Assembly (NCBI GenBank): GCA_963818475.1
Contig: CAWFSF010000002.1
Coordinates: forward strand, 736,001 to 800,000
DNA length: 64,000 nt
DNA from: Nitrospirota bacterium
GTDB lineage: Bacteria; Nitrospirota; UBA9217
Direction of reading: 5' to 3'
Shown here: one piece after another, positions 10,181 through 20,462 of the stretch
Layout of the letters: each line of letters opens with the position of its first letter
Numbering within the stretch: the stretch's first letter is position 1
The notes under the pieces: model-generated
What the model was told of the DNA's origin: nothing
What the model saw: only the letters and a program-made list of their open reading frames with translations
The model's database searches: none
Translations under genes and position numbers: made by a program

Positions 10181-10933
10181 ATGAACCGCTTCGTGGTGGT
10201 GGTGGACGGCGACACCAATGATCTGGTCTATACTGCCATCCTGCTCCAGCGCTTTGAGTTCCATGTCTGCACGGCCAGATCCGCGGCCGAAGCCCTGGAA
10301 ATAACCGCGGTCATGCCGCCCGTGCTCGTGGTCGCTTCGCAGGAAGTGCGGGACATGAGCGGCTACGACCTGGTCCTGCGGCTGAGGCTCGACCCGCGGA
10401 CCTCGGAGGTCCCGGTCATCGTCCTCACCCATCCAGGCGACCTGCTGACGGCGCAGCGGTTCCGCGAGGCAGGTGTTGCCGCCTGCCTTGACAAGCCGGT
10501 GCAGGCCGAAACGCTCTACACTGCGGTCCAGGCCGCTGTTGCCAAACCGCGCAAAAACCTGCGCATTACGACCGTGCTGCCGGTGACCGTGAACGGCGCG
10601 CTCCTGCGCAGCAGCGCCGGCGAGTGCGCGACCGTGATCTCGGAGCACGGCATGTACATTCGCACCCTCAAGCCCGCTGCCAAAGGCACCCGCCTTCCCG
10701 TAACGATCCTCATGAAGAACAGGATCATCACGGTGGAAACCATGGTGCTCTATACCTATGGACAGCTCCAGGGCCTGTTCAAGGAGCCGGGGATGGGGCT
10801 TGAGTTCGTCCGCATCGCTCCCGAGGACCGCGAGCTCATCAGACAGTACATTCACGAGGAGATAACGCAAGGCGTGGCGCCGAGCAGCATCGGCCGGCTG
10901 GTGCTCCCGAAGAGGGGCAGCGCCGGGCGATGA
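10181..10933 (+). CDS. Receiver-like plus PilZ domain protein
   Basis: REC fold (VVVVD, MSGYDL, PVIVLT, LDKPV); RKNLR and GMGLEF PilZ-like motifs; start uncertain. Confidence 0.8.
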   Translation: MNRFVVVVDGDTNDLVYTAILLQRFEFHVCTARSAAEALEITAVMPPVLVVASQEVRDMSGYDLVLRLRLDPRTSEVPVIVLTHPGDLLTAQRFREAGVAACLDKPVQAETLYTAVQAAVAKPRKNLRITTVLPVTVNGALLRSSAGECATVISEHGMYIRTLKPAAKGTRLPVTILMKNRIITVETMVLYTYGQLQGLFKEPGMGLEFVRIAPEDRELIRQYIHEEITQGVAPSSIGRLVLPKRGSAGR

Positions 10934-11054
10934 AGAATCTGCAGCCATCACCGATACCATGAACTCACCGGAACGAAATAAATAGTGCTGCATTCTGGGA
11001 AGCCCTTCTCACCCGCTCACCTGATAGCGCCCGCAGCGAAAGGGACCATAAACC

Positions 11055-11771
11055 ATGCAAAAGCTGTCAAAACAGGAGGTGCTGTTGCTCTCCTCCTCGA
11101 CCGGAGACGCGTCGAACTGCGATCTGTCGGGCGTGCGGTTGACCAATCTCGAACTTCTCGGCATGTGTTTCGACGGGTCGCTGTTCACGGGAGCGGACCT
11201 GAGCAGCTCCAACCTGAGCGGATCGAGCTTTCGGAACGCGGTTCTGTCGGGATGCAACCTGGGCAGCTCGAACTTTACGGGATGCTCTTTCGAGCATGCC
11301 CGCCTCGATAAGGCGGACCTTACGTTCTCGACCTTTGTCGGCGCGGATTTCGCGAACGCTGATCTTCGAGAAGCGAACCTGACGAATTCGAAGATCTCTG
11401 CCGCCCGCTTCGAGAATGCAGACCTTACTTCCGCGAACCTGCAGATGACCGACGCCGCCATGATCCGCTGCGCAGGAGCCGTGCTCAGATCGGTGCATGC
11501 GCGCAGCGCGAGCATGATCGGCGCCGATCTTTCCCGGGCCGGCCTGCAGGGCGCGAACCTGCACGGCACGGACCTGAGCAACGCCGGCCTGGCCTCGGCA
11601 GATCTGCGGGATGCGGACATCCTCGACGCTACGCTTACCGCCGCGGACCTGACGAACGCCGATATGCGCGGCGCACGCCTGAAACGGACCGACCTGACCA
11701 GGGCGAAGCTCGAGGGGCTGCAGCATGATGAGGGCTTGAGCGACCTGCTGTCCCGGTACCGGCGTAAGTAG
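11055..11771 (+). CDS. Pentapeptide repeat protein
   Basis: Tandem A(D/N)Lxx repeats. Confidence 0.92.
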   Translation: MQKLSKQEVLLLSSSTGDASNCDLSGVRLTNLELLGMCFDGSLFTGADLSSSNLSGSSFRNAVLSGCNLGSSNFTGCSFEHARLDKADLTFSTFVGADFANADLREANLTNSKISAARFENADLTSANLQMTDAAMIRCAGAVLRSVHARSASMIGADLSRAGLQGANLHGTDLSNAGLASADLRDADILDATLTAADLTNADMRGARLKRTDLTRAKLEGLQHDEGLSDLLSRYRRK

Positions 11772-11839
11772 TTCTGGTGCGGGCGTACCATCATCCTCAG
11801 GCACCGCTAAGTGATGCACAGTCGAAGGAGAGACGGATC

Positions 11840-12070
11840 ATGGCCAGTATTGTTGCGAAGCGGCCGGCTGTGGGCGTGGCGGCTGGAGTAATTTTTGCCG
11901 CACTGGGCAGACTGCTGATCAGCGTTGAAGGGGCGCAGCAGGGGATTGCAGGCGTCTTGAGCGGACTGTACATGGTGGCAGGCTATTTTATGCTGCTGGT
12001 CGCGTTGCTGTCGCTGATCGCCGGCGCAGCCGGAATATGGGGTGCGTACCGGTCGCGGCGATCCAGGTAA
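11840..12070 (+). CDS. Small membrane protein
   Basis: AAGGAG RBS; two hydrophobic segments. Confidence 0.55.
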   Translation: MASIVAKRPAVGVAAGVIFAALGRLLISVEGAQQGIAGVLSGLYMVAGYFMLLVALLSLIAGAAGIWGAYRSRRSR

Positions 12071-12192
12071 GAGCAGGGGGAAAGGTTCGGGTACAGGGTC
12101 AGGGGGGCAAGAAAGACGAACGAAGAAAAAGAAAAGCCTGAGAAGAAATTTTCTCAGGCTTTACTAGTTTGCAGCTGCTGTCAGTCAGGCGA

Positions 12193-12597
12193 TCAGTTCG
12201 CCGATGCCATGAGCCGTTCTTTGTCCTGGAAAAGCACGTCGCACTTGTTGGTATAGAGCTTCTGTACCACACCCTTGCCGAAGGTATCGTGGTTGACAAT
12301 ATCGCCGACGCGGTACTTTGAACCCATGCTGTAGGAGTGTTCCTTGCCCCGCGCACCGGCCATGCCGCTTTCCCAGAGCGAAGACGCGTTCTTTGCGCTG
12401 TCGGCCTTTTTTGCCCGCGGCGTCCTGACCTTCGGAGGGTCCGCAGGATTTCTGAACTTGTGCACACTGCCGCAGGTCTTGCACTTCACTTTGACGATCG
12501 CTTCTCCGTCCATGGCAACGATCGCATGGTCGAGATTCAATTTGCACTTGGTGCACAGCGACGCAATGTTTTCACCTGCCGAGTATTTTTCGAGCAT
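12193..12597 (-). CDS. Conserved hypothetical zinc-ribbon protein
   Basis: CTKC and CKTC pairs, HDTFGKGVV; AGGAGG RBS; terminator-like hairpin near 12134-12162. Confidence 0.8.
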   Translation of the reverse strand: MLEKYSAGENIASLCTKCKLNLDHAIVAMDGEAIVKVKCKTCGSVHKFRNPADPPKVRTPRAKKADSAKNASSLWESGMAGARGKEHSYSMGSKYRVGDIVNHDTFGKGVVQKLYTNKCDVLFQDKERLMASAN

Positions 12598-13067
12598 AAA
12601 CCCTCCTGTTAACTACGCGTGGTATTTGTTCCTGCTTTGTCGTCCCGATCGATACCCTGTTTCCCGGGAAACTATCAAGAAAGACCATTATACACCTATT
12701 TTGGGAAAAAAGCTTTAATTCTTTTAAGCAACTCTGCAACAATCGGTAAGGTTAGCAGGCGTAGGGTTTCCAACAGATAGATTCAGAAGATATCCGATCA
12801 AGTGGCTGATAAATATGGTTTAAATGCTGGCTAGGACTGTGCAAGGCGGTGGTCAGACGAAGAGGGGTTGGGAAGGAGCGTTGTCGGGACGGGAGACAAA
12901 AAGAAAATTCTGCAGAGAAGCGAAACTATAGGAAGCCTTTGTTTTCGAGCGGTTCAATGAAGGTCGTTGGGCTTTAACCGCCGAGGAGGCTCAGAGAAAA
13001 TCGTAACGCTCGGGTCCTCACCCAGAACCCCTGGGTGTTATTCCGCATTCCGAATTCCGCAATGCCT

Positions 13068-14740
13068 CTACTGTCCCATGCTCAGCGCCTGGCCGATGGC
13101 GGGGATAAAATCCTTTTTCCGCGACATGACGCGCGGCACGGTGCAGGTGTCGTTCACGACCTTCACGCCGAAGGCCTTCTCCACGATCCAGGCCTCTCCC
13201 CGGAGCAGGATGCGCTCCTGCCCCTTGCCGAGCGGGTTCAGCACCAGGAGCACCGTGAGGTCGTAATTGTTCGCCACGCGCAGGCGCTCGAGCTCCGCCA
13301 CCAGCTCCCGCTCCCGCGCGTCGATCTCGGCGCAGTCCAGCGACATCATCTGGCTCACGCCGAGCTTCTTCCCGCCGATCAGGAACTCCTTGAAGTCGGC
13401 CGCGATCAGCTCCGCGGCGCTCTTGTCCTCGAGGTTGATGCTCGCGTGCAGCAGCTCCCTGGCGAATAGGACGGAATGTCGACGCCGGCGATCTCGGCCA
13501 GGCGCTTCGCAGCCACATGGTCGCGCTCGGTCGTGGTCGAGAGCGTCAGCAGCAGCGTGTCCGAAAGGATGCCCGAGAGCAGGATGCCGGCGATCTCCTG
13601 CGGGAATGTGCGTCTGGTACAGGAACATGATGCCGGCCACGACCGTGCAGGTGCTGCCGACCGGGTCGTTGTACACGTAGATCGGCGCGGTGGTGGAGAT
13701 GTCGCCCACGCGGTGGTGGTCGATGATCTCGAGGATCTCGGCCTCCTCGATGCCGTCCACGGCCTGCGACAGCTCGTTGTGGTCGACGAGGATGGCCAGC
13801 TTGCGCACCGGTTTCAGCAGGTCCGTCCGGGTGATGAAGCCGATCAGGCGGCGGTCGCTGTCCACGACGACCACGGAGCGGTAGTCGGATTCGACGATCT
13901 TGTACGCGCACGTCCGAGATCGGCGTATACATCCCGACGGTCGGGCAGGTCGTGGTCATGATGGACGAGACCGGCTCGGACATGGTCATGAGCTGGACCG
14001 TGGCAAAGGCCGGGTGGGGGGACGAGAGCAGGAGCACGCCCTTTTCCGTCGCCGCGGCGATCACCTCGTTTGTCAGAACGGGCGTTGTCGGTCACGATCA
14101 CGGCGGAGCAGCCCGATCCGGATGAGCTCGAGCTGGATGTCGTTCTGGTCGCCCACGACCACGACGTCGCCCGGCCGCAGCCGGTTCAGCAGGGTGCCGC
14201 GCTGCATGGCCGCGATCAAGACCCGTGCCGGTGAGGACCGTGAGCTGCTTCGCATTGCTGATGACCCGGCCATCCAGGGTTTTGAGCAGGATGTCGAGCT
14301 CGATCGGCGCTTTCGAAAGGTCCGCGAAACCCACGCTGTCCATGTAGTGGCGGGCAATGTCCTTGAGCCCCACCACGCCCGCAAGCCTGCCGGAGTCGTC
14401 CACCACCGGCACGGACCGCACGTCCTGCTCGCGCATCATGAGCGCCAGGGCCTGGATGGAGTCCTGCACGTGGACGGCGATCGGCTTCTTGAGGTCAAGG
14501 TCGTTCACGGTCGCGACCAGGCTGTCGATCTCGGCCGAAGGGGGCACGCCGAACCGTTCGAGCACAAAGCTCGTTTCGTGGTTCAGCTTGCCGGCCCGCG
14601 ACCGGCGTGAAGACGTAGCGCTTGTCCGTGATGTTCTTAAAGTAGGCGTAGGCGATGGCCGAGCAGACCGAATCGGTGTCGGGCGTGGTGTGGCCGATGA
14701 CATACACATTTTTTATGCGGCTGGGGCTCATGAGGCGCAT
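13068..14740 (-). pseudogene. ppaC: CBS/DRTGG-type Mn-dependent inorganic pyrophosphatase, multiply frameshifted (likely sequence errors)
   Basis: IGHTTPDTDS, CBS pairs, LVDHNE, IIDHH, VGSTCT, DFKEF, VMSRKK spread over several frames. Confidence 0.88.
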
Positions 14741-14849
14741 CTCTCTTTCCGGATCGTAGTACTAGAAGTATTATCGTACTATGCCGGTCCTTGTCAAGCG
14801 CGGAATCGAGGAGGAACTGGAAAAGCCAAGGAAAACACCCTTTTTACCC

Positions 14850-14877
14850 TTGACACCCCCAGGGTTTTGTATATAGT
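14850..14877 (+). promoter_or_regulatory. Sigma70 promoter of the tRNA pair
   Basis: TTGACA-16 nt-TATAGT. Confidence 0.7.
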
Positions 14878-14896
14878 GCTAGCTCTGTCAACCGAC

Positions 14897-14970
14897 TGGG
14901 GGATCGTCCAGTGGTAGGACGACAGACTCTGAACCTGTTTACGGGGGTTCGAATCCTCCTCCCCCAACCA
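14897..14970 (+). tRNA. tRNA-Gln(CTG)
   Basis: TGGGGGA acceptor stem, loop CT-CTG-AA, GTTCGAATC T-loop, CCA end. Confidence 0.95.
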
Positions 14971-15080
14971 TAGATTTAGTACGGAATTGCAGAGTTGCAA
15001 GTTGCAGATTGCAACCTGTTGCAAGTTTCGACTTCCCAACTTCGAACTTTGCAATTCGGACGCCTCATTTCTTCACACAC

Positions 15081-15156
15081 GGTCCCATCGTCTAGCGGCC
15101 TAGGACGCTGGCCTCTCACGCCGGAGACACGGGTTCGATTCCCGTTGGGACCACCA
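15081..15156 (+). tRNA. tRNA-Glu(CTC)
   Basis: GGTCCCA acceptor stem, loop CT-CTC-AC, GTTCGATTC, CCA end. Confidence 0.95.
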
Positions 15157-15186
15157 TTTAAGTCCAACACTGTCACGCCACGACAC

Positions 15187-15212
15187 AAGCCCCTTTGAGA
15201 AAAGGGGCTTTT
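15187..15212 (+). terminator. Intrinsic terminator after tRNAs
   Basis: AAGCCCCTTT-GAGA-AAAGGGGCTT-TT. Confidence 0.8.
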
Positions 15213-15409
15213 TGTTTATGCCAATAACGAGCGAGGGCGCGCAGGAGGCCAAGGTTTCTCGCGCTCTTCGCTGCTTCGCGGTAAAATTGTTCCGCATTTT
15301 GCATGAGTCCACCTACTCTTGCCTGCCGAAACAGGAAAAAGTATTTACAAAAAGAAAAAAATATCGTAGTATGTTGCACTTTTATGAAACAAATAGGCGC
15401 GGACCCGGC

Positions 15410-16255
15410 ATGAAATTATCTTCCCGTTATAACCATAAAGCGCTGCATTGCAGCCTGGTTCTTGTCTTTGTCATCCTCGCAGCATTATCCGGATGCGCAA
15501 CAGGCGACGGCCCCGCGTCTTCAGCTTCAGCCGGTTCAGCCGGACCTTTTGCCGATATCCTAAAAAGCTATGCGCCGACCGCGGAACCGCTCAACATTAA
15601 AAAGCTGCCCGTGAGTTTGCCAGGAGCGCAGCTCCCGGTTGCGAGCGTTGACGACGTCTATATTATCGTCCACCCCGGCTATGGCGTCTTTTTCCAGAAC
15701 CTTGCCGGTGAAAAGTATGGGACGTCGAAATATCTCCTTCTCAACAAGCAATTCGAAAACGAGACGGCCTTCCTCTCTTCCAGGGCGGCATCGGGCGCAA
15801 CCATCATTCTGGTCCTGCCCGGGAATTTCATGACCGAGAGCGTGGCCCCTAAATCCTTCATCTCCTACCTGAACAAAACTGCTAGAGGCCCTTCCGTGTA
15901 CTATATGACTTCGAAGACGTCGAGCAGCGGCAGCATAACCCATGACGACACTCTCAGCCTCTTTGCGTTCCTTCAAAGCGTAAAGGCCGAGCGGATCATG
16001 GTCGGCGGCGGGTATGTCGGGCGCTGCCAGGGTGAATTCTACAACGAGCTGACCTCATACCGGGGTGCCGAGCGCACCTATATCGTGCCGGAAATATCAA
16101 CCATCTCTCCTGTGGACATTTCCGATCAGGAGGCTGCTGCGGCCTTTGAAGCCATGCAGTTCAAAAACTATACCCTGGTCCGCCGGTTCATCGGAAAAAA
16201 GTCCCGAAACGCAACAGCGAACATCCTTTCCATTCCCCCGCCATCAAAAAACTGA
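15410..16255 (+). CDS. Hypothetical lipoprotein
   Basis: Hydrophobic signal plus LSGC lipobox. Confidence 0.65.
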   Translation: MKLSSRYNHKALHCSLVLVFVILAALSGCATGDGPASSASAGSAGPFADILKSYAPTAEPLNIKKLPVSLPGAQLPVASVDDVYIIVHPGYGVFFQNLAGEKYGTSKYLLLNKQFENETAFLSSRAASGATIILVLPGNFMTESVAPKSFISYLNKTARGPSVYYMTSKTSSSGSITHDDTLSLFAFLQSVKAERIMVGGGYVGRCQGEFYNELTSYRGAERTYIVPEISTISPVDISDQEAAAAFEAMQFKNYTLVRRFIGKKSRNATANILSIPPPSKN

Positions 16256-16477
16256 AGCAATCTGCAGTGTTTGCTCATTCAACCATCTCTTTATCAGCCA
16301 TGCTCAGGACTTTCAGGTGGAACGAAAGGCCGAAGAACTAGGTTTCAGGAAATCCAAACGTGCCCTTCGTGCTGAAAAGGCTTTTTGGCTCCGCTTGTTC
16401 GGGTTCGCCTCCGAAGAGGTTCTCGATCTTTGATTTCGGTTTTATGAACTTTTAACTTCAATAAGAATGAACCACAG

Positions 16478-16604
16478 TTTACCACGAAGAACACGAAGTC
16501 CTCGAAGTTAAAGGCAATATTTTGATTTTATCTCTTCAATTTCTTCGTGATCTTCGTGCCCTTCGTGGTGAAAAGGCTTTTTGGCTCCGGTTTGTTCGGG
16601 TTAG
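16478..16604. repeat. Palindromic element plus TTTGGCTCCGG tail; close copy at 44472-44600, partial copy at 16360-16404
   Basis: TTTACCACGAAGAACACGAAG ... TTCGTGATCTTCGTGCCCTTCGTGGTGAAA shared with the 44.5 kb copy. Confidence 0.85.
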
Positions 16605-16806
16605 GAGAAATGAAGAAGGAATGGTGAAATGGGGACTAACCTCGTTATGAAAGACGATTACCCCCAGTCCCGAAAAGCACGTATTTTGTTGCATAAACAA
16701 CAATTTACTGTTTGTGCGGTTGCCTGTGCAAATGCCATCAGCCTGCGCATTCCCGCTCAGCGTTTTCAATCAACCAAGGTAATGCGATAAACAATATTTC
16801 CAATAA

Positions 16807-16841
16807 AATCAAATTATTGTCAATTTGGCATCCCTATTGCA
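16807..16841 (+). promoter_or_regulatory. IHF site and sigma54 (-24/-12) promoter
   Basis: AATCAA-ATTA-TTG matches WATCAANNNNTTR; TGGCATCCCTATTGCA (GG-N10-GC) at 16826-16841. Confidence 0.75.
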
Positions 16842-17072
16842 AAAGTAAGATACTAAAGCAGCACAAATTTGAATTATCAACTGCACGAACCCTATAACGA
16901 TAACGTTCCATAGTGAAAGGAGGCAGTGGCTGCCTGAAGCAGCAGAAGATGACCGCGACGAAAGATTTTTTCGAATTCGGTTCGGGGGGCGCGGTATTAA
17001 AAATTTAGGTAATTTGGTTTTTGGTTTGTAGTTAAATCGCAGTTAAATCTAGTAAAAAGGAGAAACAAAGCA

Positions 17073-17588
17073 ATGAAGAAGATTCTTGTAGCAGTACTGG
17101 TAGTAGCCATTGCGCTGATTGGCGTAACGGCGGCATTTGCAGCAAACCACACGTCCATGACTTGCAGAGTGTGCCATACGCCTCACGGTGGCCAGGCTAC
17201 TCCTCCCCTCTGGGATGCGGCTGGAGCTGCTGCCAGGGCTGCGCTCTCGGGTGCCGCTACTCCTGCTGGTGGTGCAGCGTCAATGGTGTGCATCAACTGT
17301 CATGATGGCGTTGGATATGCGCTTGCTGAAGCCTCGAGAACGGCTGTTTGGGCTGACGCTGGTATCAACGATCATCCGGTTGGCGTGGTCGGTGGCGGTG
17401 GTGGCGGAACGACGCTTGGTGTTTCTCAGGACGCGGGTCTTTATGCGACCGACAACACGGTGCAGTGTTTTTCTTGTCATTATGTACATAATGACCCCGC
17501 TATCACAGCACCTGGCACGACCTATGTAAGACTGACCCCTGTTGCTGGAGCTGGCAACCTCTGTCTTTCTTGCCATGTTGGCTGGTAA
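17073..17588 (+). CDS. Tetraheme c-type cytochrome, OmcE-like
   Basis: Signal peptide; CRVCHTPH..PLW, CINCHDG, NDHPV, CFSCHYVH, LCLSCH; AAGGAG RBS. Confidence 0.85.
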   Translation: MKKILVAVLVVAIALIGVTAAFAANHTSMTCRVCHTPHGGQATPPLWDAAGAAARAALSGAATPAGGAASMVCINCHDGVGYALAEASRTAVWADAGINDHPVGVVGGGGGGTTLGVSQDAGLYATDNTVQCFSCHYVHNDPAITAPGTTYVRLTPVAGAGNLCLSCHVGW

Positions 17589-17613
17589 TAGTTTATAAAC
17601 ATTGTTGAGTACT

Positions 17614-17643
17614 AAGAGGGGGAGATTCTCCCCCTCTTTTTTT
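17614..17643 (+). terminator. Intrinsic terminator after the tetraheme cytochrome
   Basis: AAGAGGGGGAGA-T-TCTCCCCCTCTT plus T tract. Confidence 0.85.
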
Positions 17644-18123
17644 GTGCCGAGCGTGTTCGGCAAAATCTATGGTTCTGGTTCTCTCTTTGTGCTGTAATCC
17701 GGATTCTTGCTGTTTCCCGATCAAGAAGAGAAACTCGTCTTCTCCAATGAGGTCCTAAAGCTCGCGGCCCGACAGGCAGGTGTGTTGGAGGGCACTCCAC
17801 GCAACTACCAGTCCACAAGACCTACAAAGCTCTTGACAAAAATCATCCAATTCCATTATTATGAAGTGATCGCTTAAGATATTTCGTTTGCGTGAGAGTC
17901 CGCTCTGCGTGACTGTTTTATAAACAGCCTCATAATATATAATATAATTGATACTAGAAACAACATTATTGCAGATGATGACCCTACCCCGTAATTCTTC
18001 CGTAGCCGTCGAGGTTTATCCCCGACGGTCTTGAATCGGGTAAAGGATGAGATTGCAGACATGTAAATACCATTGTGAGACTGTTCATATCTGGAATGCT
18101 TATGATACAAAGGAGACCGAGCT

Positions 18124-19251
18124 ATGGAAATCAAAACACACATAATATCAGTGGCCCTTTTTCTTGCCGCGGTCGTATCCGTGGCAGGTTGTGCAAAAGT
18201 GGTGGAAACTGACTATGCGCAGCGATACCCCGCTTATCCAGCTGAACCAAGAATCGCTTATATAAAGAGTTATTACGGCGTAGGTGATGAAGAATTCAGC
18301 AGCTTTGTGGAAACAATCGTCGGCTCTGCGGAGAACGAACTTATGGGAAAACCTTTTCAGGCCGTCTGGTCCCAGGATTCTCTCTATGTGACACTGCAGG
18401 CGGAAAAGGGAATTGGTGTTATAAATACTGTAAAAAAGAAATATGACATCATAAAAAATTTTGGAAACGTGACCTTTGAGATGGTCGCAGGTTTGGCTGT
18501 ATCTTCGGCAGGTGATATTTACGTTAGTGATTTCAGAGCGGGTAAGATCTACGTGGCTGATGGGAATTTCATGCTTAAAAAAACCATAGGTGCGGACCAG
18601 AAAGTGGTTACCCCGATTGCAATAGCGCTTGACGAGAAGCGGGACAGGCTGTATGTGCTTGATTCGGGGAGCAGGTCTATAAAAGCTTTCACCATGACAG
18701 GTGAGTTCCTCTTCGAGTTCGGAAAAAAAACTGCCGAGAATGCAGCAGAGCCCGAAGAACCCTATGGTTATTTCGGGATCGCGGTTGACAAGCGAAACGG
18801 AAGAATCGTGGCGTCGGATACCGCGAATTTCAAGATAAGGGTGTTTGACGATCAGGGCAAGCTCATCAGGGTGTTCGGAGAGGCGTCGGATGGGCCGATG
18901 GGTTTTGGAATGGTGCGGGGGGTGGGTGTCAACAGCGAAGGACATATTTATGCAACTGATTCGTTCACTCACTCGATATCCTTGTTTGACGAGGAAGGCG
19001 TTAGTCTCATGCTATTTGGCGGGTACGGTAACGGCCCCGGTCGTTTCAAAAATCCTCTTGAGCTTTCATTTGATGACAGCGACAGATTGTATGTAGCGGA
19101 CTCAATGAACGGCAGGGTCCAGATATTTCAGTATCTGAGCGACCGCTGGAAAAAAGATCATCCTGAAGAATATGCCAAGTATAAGGCAGAGCCGCCGGCT
19201 AAAAAACAAGTTATTAAAATGAAAGAAAAAAGTGTTCCGATAAAACATTGA
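18124..19251 (+). CDS. NHL-repeat beta-propeller lipoprotein
   Basis: VAGC lipobox; repeated IYVSD/LYVLD/IYATD/LYVADSMNGRVQIF. Confidence 0.88.
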   Translation: MEIKTHIISVALFLAAVVSVAGCAKVVETDYAQRYPAYPAEPRIAYIKSYYGVGDEEFSSFVETIVGSAENELMGKPFQAVWSQDSLYVTLQAEKGIGVINTVKKKYDIIKNFGNVTFEMVAGLAVSSAGDIYVSDFRAGKIYVADGNFMLKKTIGADQKVVTPIAIALDEKRDRLYVLDSGSRSIKAFTMTGEFLFEFGKKTAENAAEPEEPYGYFGIAVDKRNGRIVASDTANFKIRVFDDQGKLIRVFGEASDGPMGFGMVRGVGVNSEGHIYATDSFTHSISLFDEEGVSLMLFGGYGNGPGRFKNPLELSFDDSDRLYVADSMNGRVQIFQYLSDRWKKDHPEEYAKYKAEPPAKKQVIKMKEKSVPIKH

Positions 19252-19382
19252 TGCATACTCATTAAGCGGCAGACCAGATGGTCTTGGCAGTCCACGTGGT
19301 ATGGATAAGAAGTGGTAGGGAGGCGGATTTGCTGCGAACAGCTGGTAAGATCTGCCGAACACGAATGATAAGGAGATTTCCT

Positions 19383-20198
19383 ATGAGACCCGGACCCCGC
19401 ACAGTTGCCTTGCTTACGAGTTGCATCATGGTACTCTGCCTCTTCTCGACCCATGCCTCCGCAGCCGACATCGACTGCCTGAAGTGCCACAGTAAGCTGA
19501 CCAAGGGCTCCGTAGTGCACGCAGCGGTTTCGATGGGCTGTACCACCTGCCATTCGGGTATTGATGCGAAGACCGTTCCTCACAAAAAGAACGGGGCTGC
19601 AGGGCACGGGCTTTCCGCTGCGCAGCCCGACCTGTGCTACGGCTGCCATGCCAAAGAAGCCTTTGAAAAAAAGCACGTCCATGCCGCGCTCGGCATGGGC
19701 TGCACCTCCTGCCATAACCCCCACTCGTCGAATAAGGCGAAGCTGCTCCTGTCGGACGCGCCCGACCTGTGCTTTACCTGCCACGATAAGGCATTGTTCA
19801 GCAAAAAAAACGTGCATGCGCCTGTTGCCGGAGGCATGTGCCTAACCTGCCACACGCCGCACTCCTCTGACGAAGTGGCTCTCCTGGCGAACACCCCCTA
19901 CGACCTGTGCCTGACCTGTCACAGCGAGATTACGAAGAAGCCGCACGCAATATCGGGCAGAGGCCACCCCCTCGGACCGATAAAAAGGCCAAAACCAGGA
20001 AAAAAGAAAAAGAAGAAGGCGGCACAGGAGCTTGCCTCAGCTCCGTCGACTACGCCCGTCATGGACCCTGCGCGGCCGGGAAGAGAGTTCTATTGCGGCA
20101 GCTGCCATGAGCCCCACAGCACCGATTCACCCAAGCTCTTCAGGTTCAACACAAAAAGCGCCATGGACATCTGCGTCAACTGCCATAGGAATTTTTAG
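19383..20198 (+). CDS. Nonaheme c-type cytochrome (doubled-CXXCH type)
   Basis: Nine CXXCH motifs, repeated VH..CxxCHxPH..LC units, signal peptide. Confidence 0.92.
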   Translation: MRPGPRTVALLTSCIMVLCLFSTHASAADIDCLKCHSKLTKGSVVHAAVSMGCTTCHSGIDAKTVPHKKNGAAGHGLSAAQPDLCYGCHAKEAFEKKHVHAALGMGCTSCHNPHSSNKAKLLLSDAPDLCFTCHDKALFSKKNVHAPVAGGMCLTCHTPHSSDEVALLANTPYDLCLTCHSEITKKPHAISGRGHPLGPIKRPKPGKKKKKKAAQELASAPSTTPVMDPARPGREFYCGSCHEPHSTDSPKLFRFNTKSAMDICVNCHRNF

Positions 20199-20258
20199 CT
20201 CGCCGGTTGCCAGGGAATCCGGGGACAAGTGACCGCTCCACCCGATGGAGAATCAATA

Positions 20259-20297
20259 AATAAGGCCCATGGCATTTCATTGCCATGGGCCTTATTG
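20259..20297. terminator. Bidirectional terminator
   Basis: AATAAGGCCCATGGCA...TGCCATGGGCCTTATT between convergent genes. Confidence 0.8.
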
Positions 20298-20462
20298 TTT
20301 TCTGCGAGATTCGATGTTGATCATTTCAACGTCTCGCTTTATCTATGAGCCTTGTGCTTTTTGCGGCCAAAATTACAGTTCACAGGTTCATTCTATTCGG
20401 AGACGTCTACGCAGCCATAGCCGCGCTTGAACTGAGCGCATCCCAAAGACGCACCGAAACAC

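Noticed and set aside
3420-11819. Long antisense or alternate-frame ORFs (e.g. 4452-5183, 8309-9202, 10124-10993, 11009-11794)
   Set aside because: Shadow ORFs of GC-rich genes with no independent motifs
14897-15156. tRNA as integration site for an island
   Set aside because: No integrase and no duplicated tRNA 3' end seen in the window
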